From Neocallimastix sp. 'constans' (taxonomy: Eukaryota): a stretch of DNA of 64,000 bases. The notes beneath the pieces were generated by a model that was not told the DNA's origin, did no database searches, and was given only the letters and a program-made list of their open reading frames with translations. The translations under genes and the position numbers were made by a program. Numbering within the stretch: position 1 is the stretch's first letter; each line of letters starts with the position of its first letter. Location of the stretch: positions 62,001 through 126,000 of the forward strand of contig JBODTK010000130.1 in the NCBI GenBank assembly GCA_050613775.1, given 5' to 3'. Positions 60,931-64,000 of the stretch are shown one piece after another.

Positions 60931-62592
60931 AAAATATATATTAAATAAATTTTATTAATATTAATATTATATATTTTTTTTAAAAAAAATTGCAGGAAAA
61001 ATTAGAAAAACAATACAATCAAAAGAAAGAAGCTCAACAACAAGAAGTTGATAAATATAAAGATATTATTAGTAAGAAGGATGAAGAGATTGCAAATCTT
61101 GAACAGTAAGCTTTTTAATATTATAAAATTCATTATTGTATAATTTATTTTAATATTAATGAATATTATTCTAATTCTTATTTATTATTTAATTATTATT
61201 TAATTTTAACATCATCATCATTATTATTTAATATTTAATATTAAAAATATCAAATATTAAATCAATAATCAATAATATATATATATATATATATTTATAT
61301 AAAAATTAAAAAGAATGTCTGATGAACTTAAGCAACAAACTCAAAATCTTCAAAATGCACTTGAAAACTTAAAGAAAACAGCTAACAGTAATAAACCAGT
61401 TGATTTAACTAAGAAGGAAGAAGAATTAGAAAAGATTAAACAAACTATGGGTCAACAATTAGCTGATTTCGATACTATGAAAAAGAAATTAATGAAAGAT
61501 TTACAAAACAGATGTGAAAAGGTTGTAGAATTAGAACTTTCATTAGATGAAACTCGTGAACAATATAACACTATATTACGTAGTAGTAATAACAAGTCTC
61601 AACAACAAAAAATGACTTTCTTAGAACGTAATTTAGAACAATTAACTAACGTTCAAAAACAAGTAAGAATTAATAATTATATAATTATAATTATAATGAT
61701 TATAATAATATAATAAAATAGAATTTATTTTTATTATTACTATAAATAAAATTTTAAATTATATATATATTATATAAAATTATACTAATATATATATATA
61801 TATATAATTATATATATATATTTATATTTTATAATTTATTTATTTTTTATTTTTATTTTTATTTTTTTATTTCTTATTTTTTATTTCTTATTTTTTATGT
61901 TTTTTTCAATTTAATAAAATAGCTTGTTGAACAAAACTCTACATTAAAGAAAGAAATTGTTGTTGCTGATAGAAAGTTAATGGCTAGAAATGAACGTATT
62001 CAAACTTTAGAACATCTTTTACAAGATGCTCAAGAAAAGTTGACTTTACAAAACCAAAAGTATATATTTTATTTTATTTATTTATTATTATTTTTTTTAT
62101 TTTATTTTTCTAAATTATTTCCATTATTATTATTATTATTATTATTATTAAATTTTATAGAATTTAATTTAATATATATAATATATATATAATATTTATA
62201 TTTATTAATATTAATATATAATATAAAAATCATATAAAAAATATAAACTATTTATTAATTATAATTTTTATTATTATTATTTTTTTTTATATTTAAAAAT
62301 AAATGAATAAATAAAAAAATAATTAATAAACAAATTATTAAATAGGTTCGATACTCAATTAGCTGCCATGAGAGAAAGATTACAAGAAGCTAGAGCTCAA
62401 AATAATAATTCCAACAATAGTTGGATGTGGAATGCTTCTCGTATTGCTAAACCATTAAGAGGTGGTCAAGATGTTCCTCAAGATGATTTTGAAAATAGAT
62501 ATGCTAATATGGCTCATTATAGTGATTTAGATCCAAATTCTAATGCTAATAAAAGATCTTCATGGTACATTAATTTATTAAAGAAATCATAA
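56760..62592 (+). CDS. KHC: Kinesin-1 (conventional kinesin) heavy chain
   Basis: [22 protein letters not shown] (P-loop), [46 protein letters not shown], coiled-coil stalk, [16 protein letters not shown], autoinhibitory [10 protein letters not shown] and fungal-type KRSSW tail; multiple GT-AG introns. Confidence 0.96.
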
Positions 62593-62630
62593 ATTTAAGA
62601 AAAAGAAAGAGATCAAAAAAAAAAAAAAAA

Positions 62631-62664
<34 letters not shown>

Positions 62665-63214
62665 TTAATAATAAGAATAATAATAATTGTATTATCATTT
62701 AAATTTTATTTTTTATTTTTTATTTATTATTTTATTCCTTCTTTTTCTTTAAAATTTAATTAATATAATAATATCAATAGAAAAAAAAAAAAAAAAAAAA
62801 AAAAACATTATCAATTACGTCAAATATAAAATATAATGTATAAATAATATATAGATAGATATATATTTTATTATTAATATAAAAAAAAAAAAAAAAAAAA
62901 AAAAAATTAAACTGTATACATACTCTCTACCTGTATTATTATTTTTTTTTTGTAATTTAATAAATATTTATATATATATTGTTATTATAATATATATAAT
63001 TTTAAAAAAATTTTTTTTTTAATTTTTTTCTTCTTATAAATAAATACTTACCGAAATACATTGTATTTTTGAGCTTTTTTATTTTTTATTTTTTAAATTT
63101 TTTTTTTTATTTTTAATTTCAAATGTACTTTTCACCTACATGTTTTTTTTTTATAATAAAATTAATAAAGTTATGGAAGTGTATTCTCTTCCCTGTCTAA
63201 AAAAAAAAAAAAAA

Positions 63215-63347
<133 letters not shown>

Positions 63348-63409
63348 AAAGTTAATATAATAATCAATCGTATCTAAATAAATTTATTTTCTCATTCGGA
63401 TCGATTGAA

Positions 63410-63581
63410 TCGATTGATTGAACATTATAGTGAACTTAGCTTCTGATGTTACTCAACATAGTCTGGATAAAGAATCCTAGGTAAATTTATTTGGAATTAA
63501 TCCTAATAATTAAATCCCACTTGGGGATATTAATGATCCTATCACTATGGAAGAAATTCAAAACACATTGTTTGATATATG

Positions 63582-63613
<32 letters not shown>

Positions 63614-63865
63614 ATAATAAAGCTCCTGGCCCCCCTGAATGGTATTCCGATTGAATTTTTTTTTTTTTTTTTTTTTTTTTTAAAGCCTTCTTTAGTAAAT
63701 CTGATTTATACGATCATCAAGAATCAAGATGATTCTTTAGTTGTTCACTACTTACTCTGATTATGCTTGCTAAATGTTTATTTTCATTATTTAACAAACA
63801 AAATCTAGGCTGGTGATTTTCTCCCTTGAAGAGTGGAATTCGACTTCCATATAAAATATCAATTC

Positions 63866-63899
<34 letters not shown>

Positions 63900-64000
63900 A
63901 GATCTTTCAGATTACAATACTCATCAATGTAGGTTTAAAAATTCTATCAAAAATTGTCACTAAAAGAATATCGGACTATGCTTTTTCTAATGGAATAATT
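63410..64000 (+). mobile_element. Decayed non-LTR (LINE) retrotransposon, N-terminal part of the reverse transcriptase; runs off the window
   Basis: Across frameshifts: EHYSELASD...DINDPITMEEIQNTL..NNKAPGP.GIPIEFFKAFF...KCLFSLFNK...EWNSTSI..SIPKK.DLSDYN..LINVGLKILSKIVTKRISDYAFSNGII. These are the KAPGPDG / IPKKGD / KILSKI..R motifs of LINE RT domains 0-2. Confidence 0.85.

Overview
Extremely AT-rich, intron-rich eukaryotic DNA. The fungal-type kinesin-1 tail, the Crp1/Mdg1-type gene and the base composition suggest an anaerobic gut fungus (Neocallimastigomycota); this is inference. Host genes reconstructed by hand from GT-AG splice sites are: the 3' part of a multi-IQ protein, an AMPK1_CBM/Crp1-like protein, IQGAP, a huge Asn-rich orphan, Integrator subunit 9 head-to-head with BORCS5, a SUZ-domain protein, and kinesin-1 heavy chain. 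The accessory block at ~32.4-52.6 kb is the most interesting part. It holds an 8.2-kb Mutator-like element with a perfect 9-bp TSD, a frameshifted transposase, a 4.6-kb internal 50-bp satellite with ~796-bp higher-order structure and a GC-rich unexplained cargo. It also holds related MITE-like ends and a tandem trio of intronless paralogous genes for an unrecognised ~210-aa domain (candidate horizontally acquired family) with a shared TTGGACA upstream motif. A decayed LINE reverse-transcriptase fragment lies at the right edge. Many ORFs in the supplied track are microsatellite artefacts. All homology calls come from motif recognition, not database searches.
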